Shown: positions 48,216 to 61,455, counted from the first letter of the stretch. The stretch: DNA of 64,000 bases from Neodothiora populina (GCF_041146345.1 NW_027191413.1:1798001-1862000), one strand, 5' to 3'. The notes: generated by a model from the sequence alone, not told the origin. Numbers and translations are program-made.

Positions 48216-49878
48216 ATGGTGAACATTACGGAGAAGATCAAGGAGTCAGTCGAGTTCGGTTGGTGTATGGTAGTGAGCAAATGCTGACCTATGGATCAGG
48301 ATCGAGGATGAGATGGCGAAGACGCAGAGTATGAACATCTGGCATAATTGAAATTAAAAGAAGATATGCTAACAATCTGCGCAGAGAACAAGGCCACAAG
48401 TACGTTCGATTTGAGCAATCTCACAACCTTCGCATGCTGATTTCAACTCCAGATTACCATCTTGGTTTACTGAAAGGGTTAGTTGTGCAAAGTATACTGC
48501 ACATTTGAACTCGTGGAAACTGATTTCTTTGACAGTAAACTCGCCAGACTAAGAGCTCAACTACTTGAGCCGGCCCAGGGTGCTGGCTCAGGTGGTGGCA
48601 GTGGCTTCGATGTCAGCAAGAGCGGTGATGCTCGTATCGCATTAGTTGGATTTCCCTCGTATGTGTGACTCCAAATTTTGTCCTGAAACTTGCACGATCT
48701 GACAGCCATGTAGAGTGGGAAAGTCGACATTCCTTTCAAAAATCACAAAGACGAAGTCCGAGGTTGCGTCCTATGCATTCACAACGCTCACAGCAATCCC
48801 GGGTGTGCTCGAGTACGGCGGTGCGGAGATCCAAGTGCTGGATCTTCCGGGTATCATTGAAGGTGCAGCCGAGGGCAAGGGACGTGGACGACAAGTTATC
48901 AGTGCAGCAAAGGTATGTAAAGCCCGTGACGAGGTTAACATGCAAAGCCTGCTTATAGCAATGGTCACAGACTAGCGACATGATTGTCATGATCCTTGAC
49001 GCAACGAAGAGAGCGGAGCAGAGAGCTTTACTCGAGGCGGAATTGGAGGCTGTGGGAATTCGATTGAACAAGGAGCCACCGTATGTTGTGTTTCCTTTCT
49101 GAGAGGTGAGCGGGCTGACAAGAAGCAGAAACATCTACCTCAAGCCGAAGAAGGCGGGTGGTATGAAGATCACATTCCAAAATCCGCCAAAGGAAGTGGA
49201 CGAGAAGATGTTGTATACGATTCTCAAAGACTACAAGATCCTGAACTGCGAAGTGCTCGTGCGAGATGAAAACAGTAGGTGCGACTGCGTCACAGTGGAG
49301 AGCCTTGCTAACCAACCTCAGTTACTGTGGATGAATTCATCGATGTGATCATGAAGGAGCATCGAACGTATATCAAATGGTATGATTTACTAAAGAAATA
49401 CAAGTCCAGTACAGAAAAGCTAATGCGCTACAGCCTTTACGTATACAATAAGGTCGACGCCATAGGTCTGGAGCATCTTGACAGTCTGGCCCGAGAGGAG
49501 AACACGGCTGTTATGTCATGTGAACTTGACCTCGGTGTCCGAGACGTGGTAGACCGTTGTTGGGAGGAGTTGAGGCTTATTCGAGTCTACACCAAAAGGT
49601 ACGCACTAATGTACTTTTCTAATTCGTACCATGCTCACATGTGACTTAGGAGAGGAGAGGACCCCTCATTCGACGAGGCTCTTATTGTTCGGCACAACGC
49701 AACAATCGAAGACGTGTGCGACCAAATCCACAGGACGCTCAAGGACAGCTTCAAATACGCTCTTGTATGGGGCGCAAGTGCCAAGCATGTTCCACAAAGG
49801 GTCGGTCTGAGTCATGTTGTTCAGGATGAAGATGTCGTCAGCATTGTGGGAACCAAGAGTGGTCTGTCAGTTAAATGA
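48216..49878 (+). CDS. RBG2: Developmentally regulated GTPase DRG2 (about 11 exons)
   Basis: [45 protein letters not shown], and a TGS domain. LLKGKLARLR favours the DRG2 type over DRG1. Confidence 0.9.
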
Positions 49879-49950
49879 AGGGGCATAGCAAAGTGTGAAG
49901 ACTTGGCGAGGTGTGCAAATCTCGACCATGCGTATATCATATCCTACGCA

Positions 49951-50853
49951 CTATGCTGCACTGTTGGTCTTGCGAGGTACATGTAGAAGAGATATGAGTG
50001 GGTGGTCACTGCCAGGACAAATGCCATCAACCTGGTTACATGGTGGACCAAATCTGCCGAGCACAATCGAACCATGGGCCAAAGGTGGCAAATCCGAGTC
50101 CGAGCGGTGGAAATGGAAGGGACGTAGTCCCGGGGCATGAGCTCCTTCGACCACACGCACAGTGCTGACAGCGAACTCCGCCTCACTCGAGGGATGAGCA
50201 ATCGGGCTCCCCAAAATAGCAGAGTAGACAGAACGTAGCTCCTCAGAATCCGGTGCATCACAGTCAATCCATCGCAGACCATAAGCCCCACAAGGATGTG
50301 TACAAGCCTTATCAGAGAGAGGAACTCGTCCATCCCTGGCAGTGACATCGTGACAGAAGAAGGGCAGAACACCTCTAGGCGCACCCTTGGGAAAAGTGAC
50401 TTGCCACTTCACATCCACACCATCGTCGCGCAGTCGGCCTCCTGCCACAGGGAGAGCATAACTATACTTGGCGGCAAGGTCAGGCGAAAGTGCCTCGAGA
50501 CGCGCCTGCATACTTTTCCAATGGGTGGTAGCATCGCCATCCGTAGTAAAGGCATAATCAATGAGACCCGGCAACTTCTCACCCCACCAGTGATCCTTTT
50601 TGTGTTCTGGCGAGTCGTCGATGAAGGCGATGAGCTCTACATAGGAGCCGTCGTGGAACAAGATCAGCTTGTTTTCTGTTTTGCCGTCGGCGTGGCGTCC
50701 TCCTGGGGTTATGGTGAAGTTGTCTGTAAAGTGAGAAGGCAGATCAATGAGATCTTTGTAAGGTAGCAGAATGATGATGTGGTCCAAGCGGATCTTGCTT
50801 GGGTCTGGGGAGGGGGCAGAGGTTGCGTATGAGGTCGAAGAATCGGAGTCCAT
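49951..50853 (-). CDS. Glyoxalase-like (VOC superfamily) protein, intronless
   Basis: LDHIIIL, PGGRHADG.TENKLI.F.DGSYVELIAF, GGR.R.DG..VKW, PFFCHDVT.R..RVP, and HP.GA. Confidence 0.88.
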   Translation of the reverse strand: MDSDSSTSYATSAPSPDPSKIRLDHIIILLPYKDLIDLPSHFTDNFTITPGGRHADGKTENKLILFHDGSYVELIAFIDDSPEHKKDHWWGEKLPGLIDYAFTTDGDATTHWKSMQARLEALSPDLAAKYSYALPVAGGRLRDDGVDVKWQVTFPKGAPRGVLPFFCHDVTARDGRVPLSDKACTHPCGAYGLRWIDCDAPDSEELRSVYSAILGSPIAHPSSEAEFAVSTVRVVEGAHAPGLRPFHFHRSDSDLPPLAHGSIVLGRFGPPCNQVDGICPGSDHPLISLLHVPRKTNSAA

Positions 50854-51366
50854 GTCTAGTGATGTGAGGGATGGTCACCCACTTTGGAGGATGCCCAACA
50901 GTGTGAGAGATGTCCAATGATAGTTTGGGAAGATGAAGTCTAAGATGATTTATATATTCTGCACTCGTGTATGAATGGACGTTGGGAATGAGTCACAATC
51001 TGAATCCAGATGGAGATGGCATGTGCTCAAAAGTAGAGCCAGACCGAGATTCTATATGCAGGAAATGACAGTGCTTCTCAATCGACTGTTGACGAAACGT
51101 AGAATGTCTTGCACATTCGCATGTAAGGTAGTTAGTTATGCAAGTGGTTTAGTGGTTAGTGGTGGTATATGCAGGTGGTCTCTTGAAGTTCCCCACAATG
51201 CGTCACCGGCATGTGACTGGTAGGAAACCCTCTTCGCACCTGCCGCTATATGTTAATCACTACTCAGACCACCACCTTCGAGACGTTTTTTCTTCGTGGC
51301 CGTGTCCTACACCACCAACATACTGACACGAAAGGCTGCCGTCAGACGCACCCCACCCGAGACAGC

Positions 51367-52708
51367 ATGGCAGAACTCACGAGCCTCAAGCTCAACGCGG
51401 AGCAACATCTTCTACTGGTATGCCACCTTCCCCCACTCTACCATCAGGGTACATCATGTTTCCTTTGCCTTCCGAGACTGACTGCGGCATGATACCGCAC
51501 AGGACCAACCGCTCCTACGACTGCCCTACGAACTGGCAAGAAAGAACTTCAAGACGGCACAGAGACACGTGGAGAAAAGCACTTCCGACCTCACGAGTTC
51601 ACTGGCCCAGACCACGGCCGGCGCGGCAGGCGGAGCGACACCAGACCAGACATTAGCGAGCCTCGATGCCATGTTGGCTAGAGCCCAGACGCTCAAACGC
51701 AAACTAGAGGCATTGCACAACGAGGAGAAGACTATCCAGAGATCACAGCGAGCCAGAGTACAACATCTTCAAGACCTACACGAGATTCCTAGTCTGGCGG
51801 ATGTCAAGTATGACCAGTGGAGCAAGATCCGGCTTGACCGCATGCTGGTGGACCATCTCTTACGTCAGGGATATACCGAGTCGGCGAAACAGTTGGCAAA
51901 GGAAAAGGGCATAGAAGATCTGGTGGATGTTGGTGAATTCATTGAATGTGGGAGGATAGAGGACAGCCTGCGCAAGGGCGAGACCAAGGACTGTCTTGCG
52001 TGGTGTGCAGAAAACAAGCAGGCGCTCAAGAAGATCAACAGCAATCTGGAGCTGGAGCTGCGGCTGCAACAGTTTATTGAAATGGCCAGGAGCGGCGAAG
52101 TCAAGAACTTGATAGATGCCACCATGCACGCCAGGAAATATCTGGGCACACAAGAGACCGAGTATGGGATGCGAGCTGGAGGTCTGTTGGCGAATCCGGG
52201 CACTACCGCCATTGAACCATACAAGGTAAAAGACAATCCCCCCTTTCTTCTTTATTTTCGCTGACTCTTGCAGTCCATGTACGCAGCGTCACGCTGGGAC
52301 TTTCTCGCCTCACTCTTCATCCGAACACACCACGACATATTCTCACTGCCCCCACGCCCACTCCTGCATATTGCTCTTTCGGCTGGTCTATCAGCGCTCA
52401 AGACACCCTCGTGTCACTCTGCATTCGCCAGCTCGTCGTCGAATTCATCGTCGTCCTCGACCTCAGTATGCCCCATCTGCAGCACGGAACTGAATGAGCT
52501 GGCTCGAAATGTGCCGTACGCGCACCACAGCAAGAGTTACGTCGAGAACGACCCCGTCGTGTTGCCGAATGGGCGCATATATGGCCGGGAGAGGCTGATG
52601 GTGCTGAATGAGAAGATAGGGACTCCCGAGGGCAAGATCAGGGATCCTATGGATCTCGGGGGTGAGGAGTTTGAGGAGACGGACATCAAGAAGGTCTTTG
52701 TCATGTAA
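51367..52708 (+). CDS. FYV10: GID/CTLH E3 ligase subunit Fyv10/Gid9 (3 exons)
   Basis: LRLPYELARKNFK, LisH (LDRMLVDHLLRQGY..SA..LA), CTLH (LELELRLQQFIE), SAGLSALKTPSC, CPICS, and PYAHH. Confidence 0.94.
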
Positions 52709-52783
52709 AGACGGGAGACCGTGGTGACGAGAGGGGGGCAGTGTCCGTCCATAGAATAACGAATAATGATTTTTGTCCCTGGG

Positions 52784-53706
52784 TCAATCTTCGTCGTCTG
52801 AGCTCTCGTCCGCTCTCTTTCTCTTCCGTTCCTGTTCGCCCCTCTTCTGCCTCAGTCTGGCTTGTTGCTGCTGCTGCATCAGTTCTTTGCCCTGCGCCCG
52901 CGGCTGAAAGATATAGCTCCTCGCCAGCCGGTCCTCGCCCTTCCAACCACCGCCACCCTGTATGTTGCCTAAGGTACGAGCATGTGAGTAACCAGGATAC
53001 GCGTCGGCCTGGAACTTGAAACTCCGCTGGACTTCGAGATCGGAGTGGCGCGCTAGGTCGCGGATGTTCCATAGCGTGTAGGGTTCTCCTTCGAACAGCG
53101 TCACGATGATTGTGCCGTCTGGCGTCAGGAGGGGCGCGGCCGCTTTGAAGAAGGCCACGAGCATTTCTGTAGAATTGTGATCAGTGCCAACTCCAGCCCC
53201 ACCTCTCGACCCGGCAAAGAAAAAGAGAAGAAGAGACACATACCCTGATTATAGCGAACCTGGCGATTGACATGCGTCGACTTGCCGCCGACATGCGGGA
53301 AATTGAAAATCACCCGATCCCACAGCGCGCCCTTCCTCAACTCCTTCTGCGCCAGCTTCGTCGCATCAACGCAATGCATGACCGCCTGCCCCTCGCCCTC
53401 GATATACTCTATGTTCTCCGCCGCCTGCGGGTACTTCTCGCGCACTTCGTCGGCGGAATCAAACGTCGTGGCGACAACATCTGCGCATCCGTGCTCGGAG
53501 ACGAGAGAGCGCGAGAAGGACAGGTCGCCTTCGCCGACGAGCAGGATCCGGTCGTAGACGTCGAAGGGGATCGTGGGCTCCGAGTGCTGCGGCTGCGCGG
53601 CTTTGTTGGTCTTGGGCTGTTTGGGCGGTTGGTGCAGGTGGTCGTTTGGTTGCGCGCGTTTCGGGGCCGGCGTCGTGCCGTGCTGGTGTTTGCGTTTCCT
53701 GCCCAT
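52784..53706 (-). CDS. BMT5: 25S rRNA (uridine-N3)-methyltransferase, DUF2431 (2 exons)
   Basis: ILLVGEGDLSFS, VDAT, IFNFPHVGG, VTLFEG.PY.LWNIRDLAR, and YPGY.HARTLG. Confidence 0.92.
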
Positions 53707-55155
53707 TTCTACCGCGACCTTCTTGTCGTCTACTGTCGGGTTGGGGGTGGGGTGGGCGTTCGGCTGAGGAGAAAGTGTATTGTACGGGCACAAGGCGAGA
53801 CTCGAAGACTTTCTTTGTTTCTCCAAAAGTGAGACTTTCTTCTCTTTCCCCGCATTCGAACATTTAAACCCTTGCATTAAATGCGCTGGCTACTTAGGGA
53901 CCCGGGTTATATAACGGATCTACCGGGCCGTTCCGTTAATCGATAAGTAGAGATGCATGACATGCACAAGGTAGGGTAGATACTGTGCACAATACACATG
54001 CTTAGGCACTGCCTGTGATCATGGTGTCGCTGTCCCAAGAATGGCAATGCAACAACCGACACTGACTCTTGGGGATACCCGAGCATCGGCAGAGGGGATG
54101 GACTGGATCATATCAAAGACCTCAGGAGTAGAAGCATAAGCGATGATAGAATACGGCGTGTATGTGCTTGTCTTTCCGTGGGATATCGTCAAAAGTAAAG
54201 AATAGTAGTGGTGGAGACGGCGACCTGAGTACGCCGCATGCAATGACTGCGATGTAACCATCTTAAATGGCGCCCGTGCCTTAAATCCCCCGCCTCTCCC
54301 TGCGCTGCATCGCCTTGTTCTTGCGGATCTGTGCTCTTTCCTTCTGCTCCTTCTCGCGAGCTGTTATCTAGATGTCGCGTTAATCCTTAGCCTCGTCAAT
54401 TTCCTTCTTCTTTGTACAAGCACGACTGTTCAGTACCACTCGACTACTCCACCGCTTTACAGGTACGTTCTTTTATCGCTTTACTCGGGACGGCCGAGGA
54501 GCGCTCAAGGGCGCATCGGCGACTAGAGGGATATGGCGGGGACTTATAGTCCTTGCTCTTTGTGATGATACTACCTAAGCGACGGAAGGGGCGGCAGTAT
54601 TGGCAGGTCGAAACTTGATAGCGGGTGTGTGGTGAGTTTTTGTGGACGTTGAAGAGGGCGGAGCGTCAGGATTTCCTGGCTTTGAGGAGGTGTTGATGGC
54701 GGAGGAGAAGTCACGACATCTGGCAGTGGATCCCGAGGCGGATCGGATGCCTCATCGTTGGGTTGCTCTCCAGCGGGAGGTACTTGCGGCGCAGAGGGAG
54801 GAGGAAACTGCGGTTGAGGAACTCGTGACGGGCGCGGGGTCGCTGGTCGTTCACTCTATGTATGTCTAGGAGAGGCAGTGCAAGGGCGTTGACTTGCGAA
54901 GAGCGTGCTGGTCCATCGGACAAATATACAGCACTGTGATGCGGCAGATGGCTAGTGAATCGGAGTGATAGAGAAGAATACCTACCTCAATTCTGGGTAG
55001 ATCGAAAGACGAGAGTGAAGCCAGCCGGACCCTGTAGAAAATGATACTGTACGGTAATATTACAGTGATGATGCTTGTAATTCCTGAAAGCAAGACCAGC
55101 GCAGTAGAGATCGGCAAGATGGACGGATTGATTACGAGGCGAGGGTCAGATTGTG

Positions 55156-55183
55156 GCAGGTGCAGGTGCAGGTGCAGGTGCAG
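55156..55183. repeat. (GCAGGT)4 hexanucleotide repeat
   Basis: Read directly from the sequence, upstream of BRE1. Confidence 0.85.
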
Positions 55184-55562
55184 CGGTCGAGGCTCTAAGG
55201 GAGAAGAATAAGGTTGTCTTGGCATTCTCAAACAGAGGCTACAGAGGCAACAGAGGCAAGAGCGGGAAGAGAGATGGCAGGAGCGAGGCTTGGCGGTCGA
55301 GTTAACGTCTCGTAGAGTCTTGAGACTTGAGTCTTTTGAAGATACACGCACGTGTGCCCTTGCTTGTTCTCTCTCTCTCTTCTCGCTCTCATTCCTCTCC
55401 CTTTTTACTGCCCCTTCTCTTGCACCGTCGTCGCTGCTCCTTTCTTGGTACTACCAGACTGGTCAGTCAGAAGAGCCGGCTTCACTGCTTAGGCCCTGTT
55501 GCAGACCAAAGATAGAGACCTCCTCTCGTCCTTTTTCACTTGAGATTCTGTCCTCGGCTTCG

Positions 55563-57982
55563 ATGAAGGTCGCCGCGCCTCACTCTGTCCCCCTTTCTGC
55601 CGCCGAACAAAAGACCAAGATGGAAGACCGCAAGAGGTCTCTGGCAGCCGACCCCGACGAGTCGTATCCCTCGAAGCGTCAAGCCACCACCAACGGCACC
55701 CACATCAGGATGTCTGATCCGGACAAGGAAAAGGACATTGAGGTAAATTTCTCTTCCCTTCCTCTTTACTTTTTGCCCCTTCTTTGCTGTTTTCCTTGGC
55801 TCGCCCCAGCCGCCATCCACTGACTTGTTGTTGCGCAATCCAGAACTTCCAGAAAGACGCCATCCTGCGACAAATGCGCGAATACAAGCGCGAGCGCAAT
55901 CTCTACGAGGCCCAGGTCTCCGATCTCACCAAGCGCTCGCAACACCACGACGATCACCTTCGCACCATAGATGCCTGGTTCTCTCAGGTAATGCCGCTTC
56001 TGCCACTTTTGTAGCCCCTTCAGACATGTTCAGCAAGATTAACCAGAACCACAGCTCCTCGACGAGATTCGCCTCATTCTCGGCGACATTGTATCTGCCA
56101 ACGAGCCCGGGCAAGAGTTGTTCAAGTCATCTCTCCTTTTCGAGAACCAAGATGTTTTTCAAGAACACCTGAAACAACGCTCTGCTAACATCAAATCCGC
56201 AATAAAAGACGTCTTCTCTAAAGTGCCCACCCCGCAACCCGATGTCAAGCATCTACAGGAAAGATTGGCTGCTTTGCTAGCCGCCGAGAAGGCCCACATT
56301 GTAGAGAGCCAGCGCATCATCAGTGAAAGGGATCAGCTCGAAAAGCGCTTGGAACATGCCTCGTATCGCTATCTTATGGCCGAGAAGAAGATGGACCGAG
56401 CTAAAAGTGCTGCTGTGCAGAAATTGGAAAGTCAAGCCATCATGGGCGGCAACAGCGATTCTTCGAACACGACCGACAAGAAACCATCAAAAGACAACAC
56501 CGAGACTAACGGCGAGGTTGATCCCGCGGCAACAGCTGCATCCGACGCCGCTCGCAAAGAAGCCCTGGCTGCTGCCGAGCGGCGCAAAGTGCAGACGGAA
56601 CAACTCGAAGTCGAGAACAAGCGTCTCACCGAAGAACTCACATCAGCCAAGGCGAGATTAGCATCCTTATCCGACGACGATTATGCAAAGACCGACTTGT
56701 ACAAATTGCTCAAATCACAGCACGAGGATGTAATCAAGCGTGTGAACGATCTCGAGGCAACCAACGTCCATTTGCGTGAAGAGGCCCACAAGTTACAGGG
56801 AGAGCGCACCGCCTATCGTACGCAACTGGAAGACGAGTCGCGCGCAGCTCAGGGCGAGCTCGAGAGCCAACTCGCTCGTGCCGAGACCGACCTGGCCCGT
56901 ATCAGAAATATACGTGACGAACTACAGGGAGATGTCAACATCCGGACTGCTCAACAGGACCAACAAAAGCTGACCCTCGAGCAAACGAAAGAACTAGCTG
57001 ATGCCAGTCAGAATCGCATTGCTGCACTGGAGTCAGAGCTTGAACGTATGCGCCTTCAGCTCGGCGAAAGCACCGCCGCATCATCCGCCGCCCTGGACGA
57101 TCTGGATTCCGATGCGCTGAAAGCCCGTGTGCAAACCTTAGAGTCGCAGTACTCACTGCTGGAGAAAGAACTGCCCTCCATGGAGGCCGCTTGGCGTAAG
57201 ACGCAGGCTCTGGCTACCAAGAAAGTCGCCGAAGTCGCCGCGTGGGAAGAACAGCGGGCGCGGCTGATTGGCGAAAAGACAAAGGCTGACCAAAAGTACT
57301 ACTCGACCGTCAAGGCCAAGGATGCGCGAGAAGGCGAACTGAGGATGCTCAAAGCACAGAATGCAAGGAGTTCCGAGATAGTCTCCCAACTCAAGGACGC
57401 CGAGGCCAACTCCCGGGGTTTGATAATCAACTACGAGAAGCAACTGTCCGAAGCCAAAGAATCCTTGGCCAGTCTTTCGCAACAGAACCGCTCGCTACAG
57501 CAGAAGATTGGCGAGACGAGCATTGTCATGGAAAAGCTCAAGTCAGATGTCACCGGGCTTAAGAAACTCATGACCGACAAGGACAGCACGGCCCACGCTG
57601 CCGCAACCGCGAAACGTCATGCAGAAGTCGAGCTGGAACAACTGAAGGTTAGACTAGAAGAGACCAAGAAAGCACTTGAGGTTCAGAAACGCAAAAATTC
57701 CGGCAAAGGCAGCAGTGACGGGTCCGACGATTGGAGAGTAAGTCATATGAAATTACGAACCCCTGAGCCATCTCTTTGGGCATCGTGCTAACATCTTCGC
57801 TCTAGCGTATCGCCATCTGTCCCATCTGCAACTCCAAGATCCGCAACCACATGCTCAAGACGTGTGGCCACGTTTTCTGCACCAACTGCGTCGACAATCT
57901 CATCAAGAACCGCAACAGGAAATGCCCCTCTTGTGGTAAAGCTTTCGGCAACGGCGACCACATGCCGATTCACCTTGCGTAG
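55563..57982 (+). CDS. BRE1: E3 ubiquitin ligase Bre1 (H2B monoubiquitination), 4 exons
   Basis: MEDRKR...FQKDAILRQMREYKRE, long coiled coils, KADQKYY, and a C-terminal C3HC4 RING (CPIC...CGHVFC..C...RNRKCPSC). The start could instead be the ATG at 55620. Confidence 0.94.
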
Positions 57983-58946
57983 AAGGAACAGTTTTCACTC
58001 ATCGGACGTTTTGATAAGAAGAACAAAACTTTTCTTGTGTTTTCGGAACCTCCGCAACTCTTCTCTCTGGCTTTCTCTCTCTCCGCTTTTTCACCACTAT
58101 ATACCCAGCATTTGCGCATTTTTCTCAAAAGCGGAGAGAAACCCTTCTCTAGTGGACTTTCTCTTCTCCGTCAGGCTGTGACCAAACGACCGACTCCTTC
58201 GAATTTTCCTTCTACGCTACCGACAAACACAAAGAAGGATCCGGCTTTTTCTTTCACAAATCTTAACCTTCATCGTAATAATTGAACGAGGTGAGAGGAG
58301 CAGTAGCTTCTTCGGAGGAAAGGATCCTCTTCGGCATCCACGGAAGTGGCTGACTGGCCGATTGGCGGGGCGGGCAGACGAGAGGGGCGGAAATAGGACA
58401 TTCGCAAATCTCCGGCCCAGAAGCCCGATCCCCACAGATGCTAAGGGCATGCAAAAGTGATGCTTGGTATCCTACTGTAGACCCCGGATCGCATTGAAAG
58501 CGTAGAAAGGGGGGAGATACAATCTTTCTTATCTTTGGGCGGCCTCAGCGGGCAGGCGGACACGCAGGCAGGTGCGGTTCCATTGAGGATGTGCTGGATG
58601 GCGAGAATCGAACTGCGGCGCCCCAGCGGTAGTGATTACGCCCCATGTACACTAGATTACCTTAGTTTTGGAGGTCCGAATCGAAGCAAAAAAAGAGAAA
58701 AGAGTGACTATCCTCGAACATCCACTTTTTGTTCCTCTGACGACGGACGATAATAATTTTGCTGTGCATTTATGGCGAAGATGCCTTTTGTGCAATCGTC
58801 AACTTTGGCAGATACCCTCACCACCAGCGATAGAAAGAATCCCAGACCCGAGATTAGATGATAGATTGCCTCCTCGAAAAGCTCGCATAGCATCCATTAA
58901 ATCGACATTTTCACCGACCTAATCAACCTAATTCCACACATCGTCC

Positions 58947-60380
58947 TCAACCAAGCAAAAAAGCATTCACACTCTGCAGCGTCGTCCGACTCGGATTCGC
59001 CTCTGGCGCCGTAACACTGATCCAGCTCAGACGCTGCTTGATGACTTGTTTCGACATGTCCACGCTTTTCGCATCCCTCTCTGTCGAAACATGATCTGCT
59101 CCTCTGAACTTGCCGTCGTGATCGCACAGCAGACACAGCAGAGCCAACGCGACACCGACGCTGTGGTCTTTGCCTGTCGGGCAGGCGACTAGGATCTTAG
59201 GTTGCGTGACAGGGGACTTGTCGTTCTCGCGAGCGGCTTGTGAGAGGGTTGGGAGGTGCGTGGATAGGAAGGGGTGGAGGTTGTTCAGTTCGTGGCGCAG
59301 CGTTCGGCTGCCTAATTTGCCTGGGGTACATGCTAGATTGAGGTAGCGAGTTTTGAAGACTTTCTCGAGAGATGCAGACGAGGATTGAGATGCGGTGATG
59401 ACGATGTCGAAGGCTGCAGCTGATGTGATGGACTCTGCGTACTCGAGGGTGCCGAGGTGTAGAAATCGGGTCGGTTTAATCAGGATACTGCTTTCTTTGT
59501 CGGTTTGACTTATCCCTGCTGCATTGACGAGTTGCTCGATGAAGCCCGGTAAGTCTTCCTCGGACAACTTGACGAGATCGTCACGATGCTCCCAGAACAG
59601 AGGCGGAGTCAGACCGTGGGCCCAGCTCTCTGCGTCGTCGCCTGCGCCTTGTATGTACCCACCTTCGGACGCTTCGCCACCGGGCACTCGTCGCGATGAT
59701 GTGCAGCAGACGATAGGGTAGAAGTCCTCGAACACTGGGGTTTCAAGTGGGAGAGTCGAATCCTGAGTGACCCAGATTGGCCGTAGCGGTTTCTTCAGCT
59801 GCGTTTTAAGAAGTTTCACGTCGAGTCCTAGGCCGCTAACCGCCTCGACGAACGCAGGGATGCGGGAGGCGATCTGAGTATGCTCTGATGCGCCAATCAC
59901 ATTGGGAGGTGTGCGCAAGTCATGGAAGTCGGTTGCTTCGGGAAACAAAAACCGGTTCATCACACAAGTCCAGATAGGCACGGTTTTGGACAAAGCATCT
60001 GGCATGGATTTTCCTCTTCGGGTCGAGTCTACGATAATGCACCCGCCTCGCCGACTCACGACTTCCAGAACCTGTAGATTTAGTCTTCGCAGGCTGAAAC
60101 TCCACTGTGACATGTGTCCGTCTGTGGACTTGAAGTATGCACTGCCGTCCTTTGCGCCAGGCGGGATATACCATGAGCCGCATCTCTCGTTGGCGATTAG
60201 TGGTAGGCCGTACGCTTCTGCCACCGCAGATACGAAAGAGGCATCTTGCTCGATCGAGCGTAGTCTGTTCTGTAGAGAGAGAGTCGAGCGCTTGAGGTCG
60301 CCGAGGAGTTTATTGAAGTCTGTCTTGGAGTTCGAGAAGATGAGATCTGAGATCTGGAGAGGTTGGGTTGTGCTGGTCAT
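58947..60380 (-). CDS. RIT1: tRNA A64-2'-O-ribosylphosphate transferase, intronless
   Basis: NRLRSI..D, ANERCGSWY, YFKSTDGH..QWSFSLRRLN, VDSTRRGK.MPDALSKT, YIQGAGDD.ESWA, and C..GKD.S. Confidence 0.95.
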   Translation of the reverse strand: MTSTTQPLQISDLIFSNSKTDFNKLLGDLKRSTLSLQNRLRSIEQDASFVSAVAEAYGLPLIANERCGSWYIPPGAKDGSAYFKSTDGHMSQWSFSLRRLNLQVLEVVSRRGGCIIVDSTRRGKSMPDALSKTVPIWTCVMNRFLFPEATDFHDLRTPPNVIGASEHTQIASRIPAFVEAVSGLGLDVKLLKTQLKKPLRPIWVTQDSTLPLETPVFEDFYPIVCCTSSRRVPGGEASEGGYIQGAGDDAESWAHGLTPPLFWEHRDDLVKLSEEDLPGFIEQLVNAAGISQTDKESSILIKPTRFLHLGTLEYAESITSAAAFDIVITASQSSSASLEKVFKTRYLNLACTPGKLGSRTLRHELNNLHPFLSTHLPTLSQAARENDKSPVTQPKILVACPTGKDHSVGVALALLCLLCDHDGKFRGADHVSTERDAKSVDMSKQVIKQRLSWISVTAPEANPSRTTLQSVNAFLLG

Positions 60381-61455
60381 GAGAGCGGAGTGATGAAGGA
60401 AGATATATGTGATGGATCTTATTTCTTTGCCATCATCGCATGCGGAGTCCGACCCTTTTCGGCCCAGATTTTCAGAGATATATTTTTGTTCATTCGTGTA
60501 ATGTTATATATAAATTTGCCATATAAACTTCTGTATAAGGGTCGTGGCGTCGACAAAGCCGTTATGGTGGATTGACCAAGCAGCAAGCGAGAAATCCTAT
60601 TTGGACGTCAACCGAGGGCTCCATCTCACTGCCCACTGTCCATACCCAAGGACAGAGCAAATGTGATAGCGATAACAGCCCTTCCAGAGATAGGCATATA
60701 CATCATATAGTCTAGCTGACACTGTCTATGACGTTACCACAATTTATTCGTTCGATATGCAAGGCGTAAGGCAACACTACTCAACTTGAGACGTTTTGAT
60801 ATGCTCACATCATACACCTTTCTTAAGAAAAACATTGATGGCGGATACTTCTTATATCGTCAAATTGAGCTCGGTACATCAAGTCTGCTTCCACCAAGGT
60901 CTCCATCGTCCTTCAAAGGTCTGTCGATATAGCCCGAGGACAACAAAATGACTGGTCATTTTCGTGTGCTGCTCCTTTCTTAACCGCTGTAATATCCTCG
61001 ACACTGCATATCACCTCTCACTCTGCGAGCGTCACATGCAAGAGGAATTGGCTGTGGAGATGCAGCAAACCTCGAACCCTACGATCGATCTCCAGTAGCC
61101 TGCAAACGTGCATCTGGTTGACACAGTGACAGGCCAAGTAAAATACCTTTCTGTTTCACATTATATCAAGACAGTGAAGAGCCGATCAGGATCCCCTGTA
61201 GATGCCAGGCAGCAGCCGTCGAGTTCTTTCCCAAAGTAGTCAAATTGCATGCATCAGGTATGCGCGAAGGTATCGCGACTGCCCATTCTCGTCACGTATT
61301 TATGACCTGTTTGTCCATCACATCACCGCGACTCCTCTTGCGTGTACTCCACTCTCACCTGCACTCAAGTTGACAGTCATTGACAGTCTTTCACACGCTT
61401 GATACTTCTCAACACAACTACAATCTTCTACATTTACCGTAACAGACTTATCACC

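Noticed and set aside
58590..58660. tRNA gene suggested by GTTCGATTC on the minus strand
   Set aside because: The T-stem does not pair fully and no D or anticodon arm can be built.
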